64,000 bases of DNA from Hydrolagus colliei (taxonomy: Eukaryota), in assembly GCA_035084275.1 (NCBI GenBank), contig CM068749.1:17546001-17610000 (forward strand). The letters run 5' to 3'. The notes beneath the pieces were generated by a model, which worked only from the letters and a program-made list of their open reading frames with translations, did not search any database and was not told where the DNA came from. Below are positions 62,536 to 64,000 of this stretch, piece by piece (the first letter of the stretch is position 1; every line of letters begins with the position of its first letter). Both the position numbers and the translations under genes were made by a program.

Positions 62536-63914
62536 GCCAAATGATCTTGTAGAAGTTGACAAAGGGAGGAAAGGAGAGCCAGAGGACATGATCATGAATG
62601 AAAGATGACACAAGCTGAATGTTTTCACGTCAGGAGGACATCCCAAGGCGCTGGGAACAACAAAGTTACATTTGTAAAACGCCTTTCACACCAGGAGGAC
62701 GTCCCAAGGCGCTGACAAGAATGTTAGCCAGTGACGCGCAGTACAACACATGCAGTGCTGACTCAATAACATTACAAGGAATACAGTCACTACACTCCAC
62801 AACACAATTCTAAGAGTTGGTCACAACAGGTTCTGAAAGAAGACCAGATTGCAGTAAGTCAACTGTTACTAGCCCCAAGGAAAGACCGATTGTAGCAAAA
62901 TTAAGGAAGGTAACTGTAGTTGTAAGTACTTCCAACATAAACGACGTATCTCTTTGTGTGTTCCACATCATTCCACTTTAGCAGCTATCTTTCCTTTCAG
63001 AGAAGGTCTTCATTAAAGAGCTATGAAAACAGCAAAGCTGATATGCATTCCATTGGAAGGAAACCGTAGCTCCTAATTATTCTATAAGCAGACCAGTGAT
63101 GTTGAAATCAATGCCAGTCAACAAATCTACTCCATGAGGATCCCACTGTTTAGCATCGGTAGACCATGTCTCCTTTATTTCCATTTGATTGAAATGTCTC
63201 TCAACTGAACTCCATAGAGAAAGCCTTCAGCTAAGTATTTCTCTAAAATGAAAGGACACTGAGATATATACATCAAATTCAATTAAAACATACCTTACAC
63301 TGAAAGTACTTAGTCTTTTATTTAAAAGAAAACAGTCCATATAGTAGTAGGAATTAATATAAAATGAAGTGTATCCCCTTCTGTAGAACATATTATTCAA
63401 CTTTAATTATCAAGAATGGAATTTAATAGGACTATGGTGCCAAGCCAGGAAATCAATGTCTATATTGCTATCCTTTTTGACACTGTTGTTCTCATTTTTC
63501 ATCTTGAACAAATGACATCCATTACCTATGCTGTTTTTTTGAACCCAATCCTCCACTGTAACAAACAGAATTATTTTTGATATATGACTGTGTCATATTT
63601 AATCACTGCACCTAACATGCTGTTCCCACCACAAAACAATTCATTGTTCTGGGCTCCATCAGCTTAGAGTCACCCAGAGCACTATGACTGGTCGAGTGCG
63701 CTAAGTGCCCTACATGTGGGCCACACCTGAGAACTTCATGAAAAAAATAGCAGAACAAGGTAGAGATATACTATCCAGGATAAAGTGACAGAGGAAAACA
63801 GTCAAATTACCTTAAAGGGAACATTTACAAGGAGAGTCAGATTACAGAACCACAGGTGTGCCATTCAATCAGAATAAAGACAAATTGTAAGGATGTCTCC
63901 TTGATAGTAATATG

Positions 63915-64000
63915 ATAATAATTCTTGCATTTGATATAATGCCTTATCACATCTTTAAGATGTCTCAAAGTGGCTTTTGCAAAGTATAATGTAAAGCGAA
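63915..64000 (-). mobile_element. SINE tail running off the window edge
   Basis: ataataattcttgcatttgatataatgccttatcacatctttaagatgtctcaaag. Confidence 0.75.

Noticed and set aside
1-64000. CRISPR array, operon or other prokaryotic system
   Set aside because: Recurrent motifs are dispersed, diverged retroelement tails rather than regularly spaced repeats. The DNA is intron-rich eukaryotic sequence.

Overview
AT-rich, CpG-depleted vertebrate genomic DNA. The repeat content (L2 and CR1 LINE relics, tRNA-headed Deu-type SINEs with an L2-like tail, AmnSINE2-like relics, a Penelope-type palindromic element) points to a cartilaginous fish; this is inferred, not proven. One spliced protein-coding gene can be reconstructed on the minus strand. 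It has a probable first coding exon (ATG at 43499), a 128-nt exon (34510-34637) and a 48-nt exon (25699-25746). These join in frame into a RING-CH/RINGv (C4HC3) zinc finger with a non-canonical C-x-C-x5-H spacing. No convincing next exon was found, so the gene probably continues beyond the left edge. Nearly all ORFs in the supplied track are chance ORFs or transposon remnants. The most notable non-coding items are: a ~200-bp hairpin element with 54-bp perfect arms around a minimal hammerhead-ribozyme core (~42.3 kb, in the gene's first intron); a young TA-flanked Tigger/pogo-type MITE nested in a LINE; a covarying 3' stem-loop shared by three retroelement families; a candidate internal CRE/CCAAT promoter exon; and several homeobox-site-rich blocks that may be conserved enhancers. 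No rRNA, true tRNA gene or CRISPR array was seen.
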